Positions 1 through 13,080 of a stretch of DNA of 64,000 nt are shown here, one piece after another. Below the pieces are notes generated by a model that saw only the letters and a list, made by a program, of their open reading frames with translations, was not told where the DNA came from and made no database searches. Numbering within the stretch: the first letter of the stretch is position 1; each line of letters opens with the position of its first letter. The translations under genes were made by a program, and so were the position numbers. This DNA is from Tubiluchus corallicola (lineage: Eukaryota > Animalia > Priapulida), in the NCBI GenBank assembly GCA_030141605.1, contig JAQGDQ010000251.1, forward strand, positions 1 to 64,000, given 5' to 3'.

Positions 1-152
1 CGATGTTAATGACGATGACGACGACGACGATGATGATGATGATGATGATGGTGATAATGATGATAGTGGTGGTGATGATGGTGATGATGATGATGATGAT
101 GACCCCCTTGATGAAGATGATGATGTCGTCGTTATCGTCGTAGTTGTCGTCG
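1..152. repeat. (GAT/GAC/GTC)n trinucleotide microsatellite
   Basis: Visible gatgatgat and gacgacgac runs. Confidence 0.9.
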
Positions 153-585
153 TTATTTTTGCTATTGCTGTCCTTGTTGTTAACAGGGTTGTCGTGTTGT
201 AACCCTGCTGGCTTTCGATTTTTTACACTCTTATTTCATTTAGACGTAATTTATGTTTACGAATGAGCGTAATTTTCATTCTACTGTTGTCTAAGTGTAA
301 CTATGATTCTTTTATTTATAGTATGTGAGTATACTGTTCTTCTATACTTGATCGTTAATTCAGATAGCGAGGTAAGTCATTTTCCAAATTGTTTCCTGTT
401 CGTGCTCCCAATCATCTCATTATAATCGCCCATGGCAACTTTTGCAGTAATTGCCTCACAGTACAGTACATACTGCAGTATTGCTACTAGACTAAATCTG
501 TGAGCGCCAATACTTTAATTAGGATGTTCTGCAGTAACGACAAAGCGCTTGTCGTAATTATTGTAATTAGACAGATCTTATATGG

Positions 586-1048
586 GTGTTTACATACACG
601 CACAGAAGACATATTCCAACATCTTCTGCAAGCTGCTGTTTAATTTTATCGTACGTTTCCCCTGTTTCTCTTAAAGTAATTTTTTTGCTTCTCATTTGGT
701 TGTTAAAATTCTATAATTCTTGCAGCATTCCCTTGTGTTCAAAACCATTATTGAAGGAAAATCGGACCCAATGTTATAGTATAGCTCAAAACAATTTACC
801 CTGCAAAATATGGAAAAGGAACATACTATTTTTTCAAGAATGATTTACGCTTTCGCGTGATTAGTAACTGTTCTTTGCTGTTACGTCATTCGCTAGTTAG
901 ATGGACACTAGCGCCTGCATCTCGGAAACATGTTGCGCAAAAAACAGGTGCTGTATCTCTCAGTTCGGAGGTGATCGGTTGTGACGTACTACACACCTTC
1001 GAGAGCTCATGCGTGTGCACAGTGGTAAACTTAAAATTTGAGTTCTAA
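586..1048 (+). pseudogene. Candidate degenerate LRR fragment
   Basis: ORF 857-1048 contains VIGCDVLHTFESSCVCTVVNLKF, which fits LRR spacing. ORF 586-843 has RHIPTSSA and YSIAQNNL. Short matches only. Confidence 0.3.
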
Positions 1049-2217
1049 ACTTAAAATTTGCCGAGTTGTTCTATATCACACTGAATGTTTTACAGTAGTG
1101 CTGTACACCAATCTTCGCTTTCGTAAACACGTGCAACACGCTCTTGGAATGTTTGTGCTGCTATAAAAATTTCATTTGTGACGTAATCACTAACTGTGCA
1201 TTCCTGGCGTTAATTACGTTTTAACTTATTATTTAATTATCAGAAACTGTTTGGCATTATTTTAAGCGTTAAAATGTATACTTTTTCACATACTTCAAAA
1301 TGGCGTAGGATATGAAAAATCATCCTGTTTTTCTTTAAAAACTTGTTAAGAGCAATCTTACTGTTCTCATCATTTTCTTCTTTTCCAGAGTCATGATACT
1401 CATTGTAGGATAGATGTGGATGTACTAGATTGGAAAAAATATGGGACCAGTGACCTATAATTCAGGACTGTCAGGTTTAATCGGCCATTTTCTTTGTCCT
1501 CAAAATCTTTAAGGCTTGAGCTGAATAATTATTTTTTACGTGGCTGGCAGACTGCATAGTATGGGGTAGATACCAAGTGTTTTTGCTGATACTTGCTGAG
1601 AGACTTAAAAGTGTTTAGTGCTCAAGCTGCGCATGCAGAATGGGCTAAAACACAATCAAGGGACCTGTGATGACGAAATTTTGTGGCGTTTGACCCGAGG
1701 TCGTCGAGCCTAGGCAACCCAGTTCGGAAAATTTTGTTGAGGCTAGGCCAAGTCATAAATTCAATGGCAGGTTGATAAGCAAGGAAAATGGTGTAATTGA
1801 TGTATTAGATCAAAAATTCCAAGATGGAGTTCAAAATTTTTAAACCGGTGGCATGTGTAGTTATAATTTACCTCTTCATACAGATTTCAGCCAGACTGGA
1901 AGTTTTTTTGCATTTTTATATGTAATAGATGTGCAGGTAGATGCGGCAGATGTGAATCTAAAAAAATAAGCTTCACATGTAATGTACCCCAGCCCTGCAA
2001 CCGAGCGAAGATATTAAATGACAGTATTGAATCATTCTTACTCCGCATCATAATTTTGCAATTTCAATTCACAATTAAGATTCTTCTGTTATTAACTGAA
2101 AGTTTTCTGAAAAGTTTTTTTTCTTTATTTTCGGATTGCCTTTCACAGTTTTAAAATCATTAAAAAAAATTAATTGTTATCTGTGTATTTCAGCCAAACA
2201 CAAATACGATAGTAAGT

Positions 2218-2394
2218 AGTGAGTGAGTGAGTGAGTGAATGAGTGAGTGAGTGAGTGAGTGAGTGAGAGAGTGAGTGAGTGAGTGAGTGAGTGAGTGAGT
2301 GAGTGAATGAGTGAGTGAGTGAGTGAGTGAGTGAGTGAGTGAGTGAGTGAGTGAGTGAGTGAGTGAGTGAGTGAGTGAGTGAGGGAGGGAGTGA
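2218..2394. repeat. (GAGT)n tetranucleotide microsatellite
   Basis: Near-perfect gagt array. Confidence 0.97.
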
Positions 2395-3169
2395 CTAAGT
2401 AAGTAAGTAACTAAGTTATTCTATTTCGAACACGAGATTCATAAAACATACTTACAGTATAAAATTAAAATTTTTAAAAGTTATAAAACACAATTAACGC
2501 AATAAATCAAATCACTTGTAAAATGTTAATCACCAAAAGTTACGTAATTTTGATATAACCTGAAAATCTGAATTCCTTAAACAGCAAATAATAAATCGGA
2601 ATTAATCAATCGTGTCATAAGCGAATAACAACATTGATAGGTTATCCAAACCATACACTCAAGATAAGGTCAGTTAACATAAGCAAACAGTCAATGACAG
2701 GACCGAAACCTAGCTAATTATCAATTATGTTTACGTCTCGTATTTTTAAAGGAAAAAAAGTAAAAAATTCTTTAAGATGAAACATTGTACCGTTGAGATA
2801 TCGTAACGACGTTCTGATGTAGAAAGCCCACCCAGAAGTACAACGTGTAGATAAATGAACCCTCAAAAAGCTATTTTTCTGATAGTCACCACACGTGTAC
2901 TAACTAGACCTTGCGTCGTTTAACTTCTTTTGCTAAGTTCGCACAATGACTAGTCAACTATTCCGCTCCTCGTAATTATTTCTTGATAATTTGAAAGCTA
3001 TCAGTGGGAGCACTAGGCATAATTAGTTATTGATGTAAAAAGCCTCCGCTGTGCGTGTCGTACGTTGGCCTTTGATGTAAAATCTATACGGCTGAGCATA
3101 TACTTTTTTGCATCACCAGTTATGAATCTGTCTTCGAAATAAAACATTTCTCATGAAATTATGATTGTT

Positions 3170-3230
3170 TTTATTCTTCGTTTGCGAAATAACCTATAAA
3201 GAGGTCTATCTCGCCGTGATGTTCTCGTTC
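3170..3230 (-). mobile_element. Dispersed repeat end with hairpin (Helentron/HINE-like), copy 1 of 4
   Basis: Reverse complement reads catcacggcgagatagacctctttataggttatttcgcaaacg, matching the copies at 5962, 40370 and 51660. Confidence 0.5.
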
Positions 3231-3359
3231 ATATAATATATTTTGGAATGACTTACAGGAATCAGCGGAAATGCATCACCCAAAATACTGCATGTTACTA
3301 AAGTTTATATATTTTTCGCGCGTGCAAAAAACGTACGTACATACGTGCGTTCCAGCGTG

Positions 3360-3730
3360 CGTGCGTACTGCGTGTGTGTCAATGGTCCAATCGTTCACAT
3401 TCCGCACTAGTTTTGTTATTGTAAAAATAAGAAATGCGGCCACTCTAGCGGTGCAAAACATTAAACAAATGCGTACAGCTTCATTGGTTCGTAATCACAA
3501 TAATTGCCATCGAACACTGCGAGCGGTCCACACGACTGACTAACACTGAATAATCAAATCATAACCGTCATTTTCTCAGCTCCCTACCAATGATGGGAGA
3601 AGTACACGTGAATATCTAATGACTCAGAAAAGCTTGGATGACAAATTTTCTGCCGCGGACGTCATAACATCAGTTAGCATATTAATAACAGGGATACGAT
3701 CAAGAAATTGAAAAGAGGCGCCAGTTTTGT
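3360..3730 (+). pseudogene. Candidate degenerate LRR fragment
   Basis: VSMVQSFTFRTSF, NCHRTLRAVHTTD and, in the same frame past stops, VITSVSILITGIRS. Confidence 0.3.
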
Positions 3731-3827
3731 AAACTAGTGCATTCTGTCTCACGGTGAAAAGAAAAAATGCAAAAATGCACTTATTAGAATTTGTAATTTA
3801 TAGCAATCACTGAATAAGTAAAATCGG

Positions 3828-4030
3828 CAAGTAAGCACAGAACATGCTGCACAAAAATATAGAATTGAAAAAACACATTTAGACACAAGTAAGCACAGAA
3901 TATGCTGCACAAAAAATATAGAATTGAAAAAACATTTAGACACAAGTAAGCACAGAATATGCTGCAAAAAAATATAGAATTGAAAAAACACATTTAGACA
4001 CAAGTAAGCACAGAATATGCTGCACAAAAA
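3828..4030. repeat. 57-58 bp tandem repeat, about 3.5 copies
   Basis: caagtaagcacag recurs at 3828, 3886, 3943 and 4001 with conserved intervening sequence. Confidence 0.95.
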
Positions 4031-5059
4031 CATAAAATTTAAAATCACAAAACAATAAAAAAGTATGAAACACCATTAATACGACGTCAGTAAGAGCACT
4101 AGTAATCCGGCAAAGAAATACACCTACTAATACATAGATTGTTAGTGCACAAAAAATTAGGCATACTGTTTCTGTCTGTTACAATAAGCAGGAATACAGG
4201 AAGCAGGAAAAAAATCAATTTCATTTTACTTTACACGTTACTTTTATTGGAAGCGATGCCCCGGCATCATTACATTTTATTTAATTTATTGCGTAATCGT
4301 GAACGTTTCGTTATTTTTTATAGTCATATCATGTTCATTTATTGTACATAATTAGGCCTTAGTTTTGCACTTTAGTTTTTTTTAGTATACACTGGACGCA
4401 TTTGTCTTGAACAGTGTTGTTATTTTAACATTACGCTGAGGCTCACTCAATTTTATTATAATGAGTGAACCATTTTAAAGACAAATAAAGAATTAATATA
4501 TATATATATATATATAAGAGATAGAGCTGCTTATTGAAAATCTCCTTGATTGCAAAAACCACAAATCCAAAATCAAAATAAATTTTGACACCAAACTTGA
4601 AAAACATGAAATTTGAAAAATTGGAATAAAACCTACATTTGAACCAAAACCTTCTGCTTACAAGGCAACGCACAGCACGGCCAGCGTATCCCCCGTGATC
4701 AGCCCAAAGCTCATCCCTTATAACGACCAACTAATGCTCGTTCGTTCATCTATTGGTTCACCAAAAAGCAAACAGGAAAACATTAGTTTCTAATATTCAT
4801 TGCACTTATTATGTGCTGTGTAATAGTTGAGCCCCAGTTAAAGAATAATCTAAAGTAATTTTTTTACCTGTTCATTTAATTTTGGTAGATTTGTATACTA
4901 GGATAATGACAAGCTGATTACTATTTCCCTGGCTTCACTTTTGTATATATATATATATGTATGTATATATATATATGTAATCTTTATCTGCTTTTAAAAT
5001 ACATTCATAATCACTGAAAAAAAAGTAAAACTTAAATCATGTATTGGCATCAAATGATT

Positions 5060-5395
5060 TTCATTTACATCCATGCACTAAACAGAATCCTCCACCTCAG
5101 AGCCCAAGTTAATAACTTCATCAGGCATGCAGGCAAATGTAAAATCTCGGGTTTAAGTAATTTATTCAGTGACTGAGTCCTAAATAATGATTTCATTGAG
5201 GTGCGATTATGGTGATTATAGCCATCATTTGTCTCACGCCCGCCTGATGTTTTAACAGGGGTGATTGCTTCCATGATGGCTTTCTACTACTGATGGTGAC
5301 AGAATTTCAATGCAATTACCTTGATGACTGTGATTACTACACGTACAGCCATTGCCGTAAAGGTGCAGAGATTTCCGCTTAATCTGTTTTTTACA
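5060..5395 (+). pseudogene. Candidate degenerate LRR fragment
   Basis: One frame reads ILHLRAQVNNFIRHAGKCKISGLSNLFSD*VLNNDFIEV...SRPPDVLTGV...NFNAIT, with 24-residue LRR spacing. Confidence 0.35.
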
Positions 5396-5396
5396 G

Positions 5397-5530
5397 GCTA
5401 TTGCCGCTGTTGCTGTTGCCATTGTCACTATTGCTGTTATTGGTGGTGGTATTGCTGCTGCTGCTGTCGTTCTTATTGTTGTTACCGCTATTGTAGCTAC
5501 TGCCACAGATCTGCTGCTATTATTATTGTT
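5397..5530. repeat. Degenerate (TGC/TGT/TAT)n trinucleotide tract
   Basis: Low-complexity triplet run that produces the Cys-rich spurious ORF. Confidence 0.85.
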
Positions 5531-5961
5531 GTCATAGATGTCAATGATATCTTACTTGCTGCTATAGTAACTTTATTTTTTTTATGCTTGGTTATAGTGT
5601 TGTTGGTGCTGCTTGATTATAAAACATTTTTTGAGCTACAGAAAAATTAGGAAAAAACGATATCATTAATGAAGGCATCTATTGTCACGTTGTTGCTTAT
5701 TTGTATAACTTTTCTGCCAATGTTCGTACTTTTTAATGTCTGACATTGAACTTATGTCCCGACTTCTGTCATTTGTCAGAGTGGTGGCATTACACTTCGT
5801 AGCTCCGCATCGTAGCTTCACTTATCACATTAGCACTTATCTTCTAAGAAACTAATCCGGAATGCGAGGCATGGGATTATAAAAATATAAAATGTGGAGG
5901 TACTCTACTGTGACCTTACAATATTAAAAGTTGATAAAAACCTAAAAAAACAACGAGAAGA

Positions 5962-6077
5962 AAAACAGATCATCACAACGAAACAGACCTCTTTACAGAG
6001 TTACTTCGTAAGCGAGTAACCAAAAAAGCAAAACATCACAGGAAATCCTTGTTTCAAAGTTATGGTTACAGACCACC
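5962..6077 (+). mobile_element. Dispersed repeat end with hairpin (Helentron/HINE-like), copy 2
   Basis: catcacaacgaaacagacctctttacagagttacttcgtaagcgagtaac; gttac...gtaac forms a stem-loop. Confidence 0.5.
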
Positions 6078-7061
6078 CGCCACCCCTACCCCCACCCCCC
6101 AAATATGTAAAAAATAAGTGATGCAAATTTAATTTGTTGTCTATGATATGCATGTAGTTGAAAAGTTACCACTGAGCATTCATTGTATCATACACACATT
6201 ATTGCCTGCAGGCTATACATGACCACATTGGCTTAAGCTGCTCCTTAAATCCGATCACACGAAGTTCCCAGACAAAGGCGACTAATTAATCGAATTCAGT
6301 GAAAATCAATGCAGGCCCACCCTTGATAAATAATTCTCTTTATTTCAAGCGAGAAAATCGGGGGACAATAGAGGCGAGAATACAAAGGGGCTTGACTGTT
6401 TAACGGAGGGAGAAACCATGTGTTTAGGCGCACGCACAGATCAATGAATTATGCCTTATTATACAAAATTAATATTCAAGAAATTGGAACCAATATAAAG
6501 TCGCTCACTGAGGTCCAAAATCAGCATAAAATTTTTTGATGTCGCCTGCTTTAGTTAGTATTTCAGAAATTTCTCGCTGTTTTTTGTTTTTCAATTTTCT
6601 TTGCAGCTAGTTAACCAGCTAAATTGATCTCATGACAAACTTTCACTCAGTTTTTCAAAAGTGTTTCGCTACAATTTAAGTTTTACACTGTTTTTTCTGG
6701 TGACTCTAGAGCAGACGTATAGTATAGCGCAACTTAGTCTTAGTCTAGTGTATAATTTAGTGCAGTAACCTTACGAACGTAAGTTTGTCAACAGAGTTCT
6801 CACAATACCTGGAATCGGTAACCAAGTTGTCATTTATTTGATTCCTCTAGTAATTGCTATTTTAATGATTTTCTAAATAATGAGGGAACTTTTGAAACAC
6901 CCTGTATTTATTACTTGGTAAAGTACGCTAATGAAGTTTAAGAAACATGATCATGATCTTCACGATCATCACCAATGCCATCAGCAGCGCCACCACCAAG
7001 CACCACTATAAGTACAGCCGACATCATTAAAAAATTGATGCAAAGTTTGATATATGTAACG

Positions 7062-7330
7062 TAACTAGAATCACGCTCAGTAAAACGCAGATCTCTGTTA
7101 AGGCCTGCAGATTGGTGATTCTTAAAGGTCTCATTGAATCTATTGTAGTAGACATTGAAGTATTAACATTTTTAGAGTATTCCACCCACTCCTACCTGCA
7201 ACTAACAGCGTAAGTACTTCTACTCCCAAAGCTAGATTTGGTAGAAGTTGTTGAACATCTTTATTTATCTTAGCTAGTCATGTTGTTTTTTGGTTGTGAT
7301 TTAGTAAAAGTACACCGTTTATGTTATGAC
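7062..7330 (+). mobile_element. Degenerate non-autonomous Helentron-like element end
   Basis: aactagaatcacgctcagtaaaacgcagatctctgttaaggc resembles the AACTAGA..CACTCAGTAGAGCGCAGACCTCCGCCAAGGC terminus I recall for such elements. Right boundary approximate. Confidence 0.35.
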
Positions 7331-7539
7331 GTCACCAATCGCTCTGACGCTATCTGATTTATGACGCGCCCTTACAGGAACGACGACGTATGGTATAGTT
7401 TTGCAGTCTGTCCTGCAATGTGTGCTGTTCTTCAACGCAAGAATGTATTAACTAGCAAGAAATAAGTCTAACCACAAGACTTCGACCACTTAATGCATAT
7501 ATACCAGCATACCAGCATATTTATATACAACAGTGAAAC

Positions 7540-7870
7540 ATGGGGTTTTCTGATAATTCAAGAAAAGTGAGTTGACGCTTCACAGAAGTCTTCTAAGGAA
7601 AGTTTTGAAGATAAAATGACCTTATATAATCAAAAATGAAGATTAATATACCTGAACCAAACAAATTCCTTAGAGTACAAAAGTCTGGCTCCGAAAATTG
7701 AGATGATTATGATACCTTCTAAGATTACCAGGTGACACACCAGTAAGAATCTCCTTAAAGAAAATCTTAAAACCTTGCCAAAACCCACATGGCAAACCAA
7801 AAACAACTTGGAAGCTAATATAAATAACGATGTTCAACAGTTTCAACCAAATCTATCTTTAGGAGTAGAA
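7540..7870 (+). mobile_element. RTE-clade LINE, decayed ORF C-terminal fragment
   Basis: HRSLLRKVLKIK*PYIIKNED*Y and RLPGDTPVRISLKE...GKPKTTWK match the RTE post-RT region. Confidence 0.75.
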
Positions 7871-8540
7871 GAGCTTACACTGTTAATTGCAGATTGTAGT
7901 GTATGCAACTGCATGTATGCTGCAGCTCCATCAACTTGATTAATAACTGACTCTCTTGGCGCACAATCCATTGTCTTTCGAGACAGAAGGATGCCAACAA
8001 CAACAACAACAGTGTATGCAACGCTCCAACAAATAGTAATACCTCAATGTCTACAACAGACGGAATGGGGCTTTGAAAAAAGTGTCTTTTAGCCATGTAA
8101 CTTCTGTTACTGTTTCTGTAGAAACGTCCCAGGATAAACACAGAAAGCCTATATATGGCATCTAGTGCACTAAAATAAAATTTTTTTATGTAATTATAAT
8201 TTTTTATTTGGTTGTATTTGGATAATTGCATTACTGTGTAATTGTATAATTATTATATCTTTATAATCTTGTTATTGTCGCCCGTCATTTGTCCCTGCAT
8301 TATATATTATGCTATTTTATACGAATACATTAAATCCGTTTAACTAATATGTGTTATACCATTCGAGTACGTAATATATAACAAATAAATAACGAATATT
8401 AACACTAAAACTAAAAAATAACGAACACTTTATTTTTAGGTTTCATATTCGCAACAATGACAAATAGAACGTGTCAAACTAATTAACAGAAGAAAAACGA
8501 AGATAACCATTTAACAGTTTATCGATTATCTTGTTCTGCT

Positions 8541-8761
8541 TTACAGGTAATTTTTGAAGATACAACAACAGACAATAAAAGGCAAAATTGTCGACATTTT
8601 ACTTCTAACAGCTAGAGAAAGGATGGATCTTCGACTCGACTTTCTAGAAGAACAGTTAAATTTATAGTCCCCCATTGTTATGAGTGGTTTAAAGCAGACG
8701 ATTTGTTTCATTTCCCATGACTCCAGCCATGCCATTGAACAGTTGCAAATTAGTTTATTTT
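8541..8761 (-). pseudogene. Terminal exon of LRR ectodomain gene: LRRCT plus hydrophobic tail
   Basis: Strong acceptor (ctaat..tctttcttactttatcttttacag), then open frame (E)NKLICNCSMAWLESWEMKQIVCFKPLITMGDYKFNC...STILPFIVCCCIFKNYL*, a four-Cys LRRCT. AATAAA lies about 110 nt past the stop. The exon itself is uninterrupted. Confidence 0.8.
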
Positions 8762-9049
8762 CTGTAAAAGATAAAGTAAGAAAGAATTAGTTGTATTTTC
8801 TATCTCAGGAAAACATGGTTATTTAATGGTACGTAATCGTCTAAATTTACGCTTAAACTGGTATAGTGGCATCAAATTACATTTACATGCAAAAGCCGCG
8901 CTTATAAGTTGAGCAAATTTACCTAATTTGTTTTTGTAAGTTGCTTCATAGTTTCCTACTTATTTCTATAGCTCCTCATTCCACCTATTGTTATTACATT
9001 ACATGAATGATATACGTGACAAAAAAGCCATTAATTCTAGGTTTTAAAT

Positions 9050-9640
9050 GTATTGTACTTAACACAGAAGATGATATCAAAAACAGTAAACAACGGGCAG
9101 TGCACGGTTTCAGCCAAAATAAATCAATTCTAACCAGCAAGAAACTATCCCTCTAAACAAGGTTGTGACTCTTTAATACAGAAGTAACTAGTATCTTTAT
9201 CTATAATCATGAATTGTGGGGCCTAGCTGCAACACAGGAAGGACGAAACATATGTGTTTCACAGAGGTCTACTTAGAAAAATCTTGAAAATAAAGTGGCC
9301 TTTTTAAATGGCTTTAAATTAAATATATCATTTCAAATAAGCCGCTGTATAACAGAACCAAAGAAGACATTTGGAGCACTAAAACAGAATCAGAAGGGTA
9401 AGATGGGTAATATGAGATTGTCAGAAACAAAACCAATAAATCAGCTTTAAATGAGGCACAGAAGCGACCTTCGGGCAAACCAAAAACTGCTTGGATATCA
9501 AAAATTAATAAAGATTTAGAACTGTTGAGGTCAAACCTAACAATAGCATCACAGGCATTGAAACTTTTAACTGCAGACAGGAAACAGTGGAGTGCTCTAA
9601 TAAAAGATAGAGGCTCTATGACTACAATACGTGCTTAAAG
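9050..9640 (+). mobile_element. RTE-clade LINE, decayed 3' fragment inside the LRR gene intron
   Basis: KKLSL*TRL*LFNTEVTSIFIYNHELWGL, KRPSGKPKTAWISKINKDL and LTADRKQW. Confidence 0.8.
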
Positions 9641-10066
9641 CAACAGATGAAAAAGAAATCTAGGTTACATATAATTCAATATTGCTTATATTACTGTAGT
9701 TAATGAACTACGTTCATGCTACTTTCCCCTTTGTCCTTTTGCTGTTGCCATCTTTCGGGTTTTATGTGTTTATATCATTTAAAAATGTTTTAACAAACTA
9801 ATATTAGTTAGAACAGAAAGTCAGGAACGAATTGACACTTTGGTGCATGAGCCACCGTTTCATAAGAATTTTAGTGGCATCAAAGTTTACAGTTATTACC
9901 TCGCCCTTTTGTATATGTACCCGTCTGGATTTTACATCTCTGCTCTAGAGTCAATATAGTAGCAAAAGAAAACGGTACATGCCTCAAATGCAGACTAATA
10001 ACCGTTCTTACAGAATGAGAATTTATCACAAAATGAACGTTGCGGTCAATTAGCTAAAAAATTAGT

Positions 10067-10200
10067 AGACGGTATAATCTAGTGGTAACGCGTCTGCTTT
10101 CCGTCTGGGGGGTCGTGAGTTCGATACTGCGGCCAGGACATACCAAAGAGTTTAAAAATGGTACCTGCTTGTTGCTCTACCTGGGACGTGATATTTGCTG
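10067..10200 (+). mobile_element. tRNA-derived SINE (central domain resembles MetaSINE type)
   Basis: Box A-like tctagtggtaa, box B gagttcgatac, then cataccaaagagtttaaaaatggtacc. The family name is from recall. Confidence 0.7.
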
Positions 10201-10286
10201 TAAAAGCGGGATGATAATGGCCTGTTATTTCTTTAAGCTAAAAGGTGAAATGTTCTTTTATTTTATGTTAATTATTTATCTATTTT

Positions 10287-10294
10287 TGTTGTTG

Positions 10295-10365
<71 letters not shown>

Positions 10366-10441
10366 AACATTATTGTTATCATCATCATCATCATCATGGT
10401 CATCTTCATCGTCATCGTCATCATCATTCTAATCATCATTA

Positions 10442-10527
<86 letters not shown>
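10287..10527. repeat. (TTA)n/(TCA)n compound microsatellite
   Basis: Visible arrays. Confidence 0.97.
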
Positions 10528-10528
<1 letters not shown>

Positions 10529-10643
10529 AAAAAGAAAATTGGAAATCAAGCTGCCAACGAACTTATCATTTACCTATATGGTAACCACAATAATTTACAT
10601 AGTCTACGTAAATCCTAAATTCTAATCTCGTAACTAGAATTAC

Positions 10644-11232
10644 CTTTCAGTATTAACCAAAACAATATATCCCATGATCTCTCATATATTGGTTCGTCAG
10701 TTAGCGTCAGAAGAGTTTTGGTTACCTCAAATCTGTTCAACGTAAATAGCTTTCTGAGATCCAAAGAATCAATTTTTACTAAGTTTGAACGGTTTCTTGT
10801 GATAATTTCATGAACATACCGGCAGAGAAACCCCTGGGTTATATTCGCTTTAACTGGATATTATCCTCAAGAACAATACGATGTATTGTTGCACCGAGAA
10901 ATGCACCATTATGTAGTGCAAGGTGCCGTCTCTCGCATTTGTAACTCTTCAATGAACGTGAAATTCAAGAACCCATATGTGACGAACTATTGGTAGAATC
11001 TATAAATAACTATAGTCTTGCTGAAAGCGTTATTATAGTCCTCCAGTTTTTTGGTTATTTCCAAGAGATTTCGATCGTAGGTCGGTTGTTTTTTGCCGTC
11101 AATGACACAAGCTCGTCAAGCTCTATCGTTTCGATAGAGGTCTTGTCGTTGCATAGCAGCTTGTGGTGCCACGTATTATTTTGTTGTACAAGTCCACATA
11201 TAACGAAAAGATGGTTCCTATGGAAAGCCTCA
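10644..11232 (-). pseudogene. Frameshifted LRR-encoding exon, spliced in phase to 8761-8541
   Basis: YGFLNFTFIEELQMRET / LALHNGAFLGATIHRIVLEDNIQLKRI*PRGF / NLVKIDSLDLRKLFTLNRFEVTKTLLTLTDEPIYERSWDILFWLILK, ending AAAG|gtaatt (phase 1). Joining gives LFWLILKENKLICNC. Strong for 10644-10985; the 5' part to 11232 is weak. Confidence 0.72.
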
Positions 11233-12106
11233 TCCTAGGACGCTTACCCAGTGAGCACATCACAAGTTAGAAGTTAGGGTGGCTACTGTAGGCTAATTCT
11301 CAAACCAAAACAGCTTTGGTTAAAACTCTATCTTGACGGAGGTGTCATATTTCTTGTTACGATTTTCGAAACGTGTTGATCACGTGGTATGAAAATTAAG
11401 CAATTGGTTAAGACTTTGGTCATTTGGTTATGACGCCAGGAAGTTTTGCTAAAGTCTGCGTAGACATTATGTGACAGACGCGCAACCATCATGTTAAATA
11501 CATCTTCGTTGTAATGCGAGTTTACAGGCACCAATAAACATCTGATATGCGTGCTCACCTAAACGAACAATAAAAATGTGTATGCTTTCGAGAGGTTCAT
11601 TTTATATTTCAAAATTTCTGAATATTCGTTGTCATTCACTTTAGCTGACAGCCACAAGTTTCTTCAATTTTCACATTCACTCGCAATCAGATATAGTTTA
11701 ATCTGCGGCCAAAGAAAGCTATTAAAATTAATCTTTTTAAAATACATGCTGTATCTTATCTAATTTGCTAATGTCATCTGGTCTGTTTTTCTCCTCCGTC
11801 TCCTCTTTTCTTTCCCTTCGCCAGATTTGCAATTATTCAAATTTGTTCAATTCCTATCCAGACACAAAATGTGTAGGCCTAATTCGATTTGAAACCAGAC
11901 TTACGGTTAATGCGATCAAGCGAAACTAGACCAGGTAAACTGCAACAAGGTTTCCCATAGGGTTCGTATTCTTTCTCACCTAAATTACAAACACTAGGAA
12001 ATTAAATTAATGTGTAGTAATTAGGTACAAAATTTAAAGTTTCCAACCATGGATATCACAAAGCTATCACAAAGTTTCCTATCCACGGCTATAGCGAACT
12101 CCTACA

Positions 12107-12270
12107 TTATGCTATGTTGTGTTGTATTTCGCTTTGTTATGTTGTGTTGTATGGTGCTGTGCTGTGTTGTGTTATGTTATTTATTGCTACGTTACGGTGA
12201 ATTAAGTTATATTATATTGTGTTATGCTATGCTATATTATGTTATGTTATGTTACTCATGTCATGTCACG
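12107..12270. repeat. Degenerate (TGTTA/TGTTG)n pentanucleotide repeat
   Basis: tgttatgttatgttatg-type run. Confidence 0.85.
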
Positions 12271-12384
12271 TTAAAGATTTACACTTTACTGGAATTTGTG
12301 CGGTGATCACCATGGCAGACAATTATTTCACTATTCACTACTCTTATAATAAATTGTCGAAAATATTATCGAAAACATTGTCGA

Positions 12385-12585
12385 AAATTTCACAGTAAAA
12401 ATATTTACCAATGTCGAAACATGAGCGCTCCTTAAAAAGTTTTAAACGATGTCCTCCTGTATCTGAATCAACAAGCAAATTAGAGAAATTTTCAGGCAAA
12501 ACGTTTTCGTCCCTGGCTAGCATTTTGCAAACCTCAATAAGATCTCCACGATGTCTTAGTTCAAGTGTAGTCAAAATTTATCTTA
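12385..12585 (-). mobile_element. CR1-clade LINE ORF2 C-terminal fragment
   Basis: TTLELRHRGDLIEVCKML...DTGGHRLKLFKERSCFDIGKYF matches the CR1 motif RGDLIE..TRGH..KL.K. Confidence 0.85.
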
Positions 12586-13080
12586 CAGATCAATGTAGTA
12601 TCCTAAAATAGCTAACTAACTACGCTATATTTCTTTTTATAATCATGATTAATCAGTGGGACTAATGTAACTCGGACAGTCAATATAAGGGTCGTCTATG
12701 GAATGGAACAATCAAATTTCTTGCATTTTCGCGCTCTAACAAAAAGTTGGAATAATTTTTCAATTTTTACTAGCATTCAATCTTGACTTAGCTTCCGTAG
12801 CAACCTGATAACAACGCGGCAAATACCTTACAAACTTGCAACAAACACGGAACAAGACGCCGTAAGTTGTTGTTTTACAAGTTGATTACTCATATATACA
12901 TATTTTGGTAAAACTAAGTTTATTGGGAAGGGGAGAGTTGGAGTAAATCCTTGCTTCTTCAGTCAAGCAACTGTTGCCTCAGTAAGGGCTTATCTTTTCA
13001 ACGATCAGTCCTTCACTGTTGTAAGGCGCATCGTGCAGCCAGTTGTGAACTGGAGAACCGCAGAATAGGTGATAAAGGTG

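Noticed and set aside
7875-8231. 118 aa minus ORF, and gaaacgtc as a Penelope/hammerhead end
   Set aside because: No recognisable domain and no upstream CTGANGA box.
10012-10053. 42 nt minus-strand exon candidate inside the LRR intron
   Set aside because: Splicing to the last exon would create a T|AA stop, and it has no LRR content.
10690-11238. Plus-strand frames that also look LRR-like (VESINNYSLAESVIIVLQF, SKESIFTKFERF)
   Set aside because: They overlap the better supported, splice-consistent minus-strand exon. This shows chance LRR mimicry is real, so weaker candidates got low confidence. A genuine plus-strand piece at 10990-11238 cannot be excluded.
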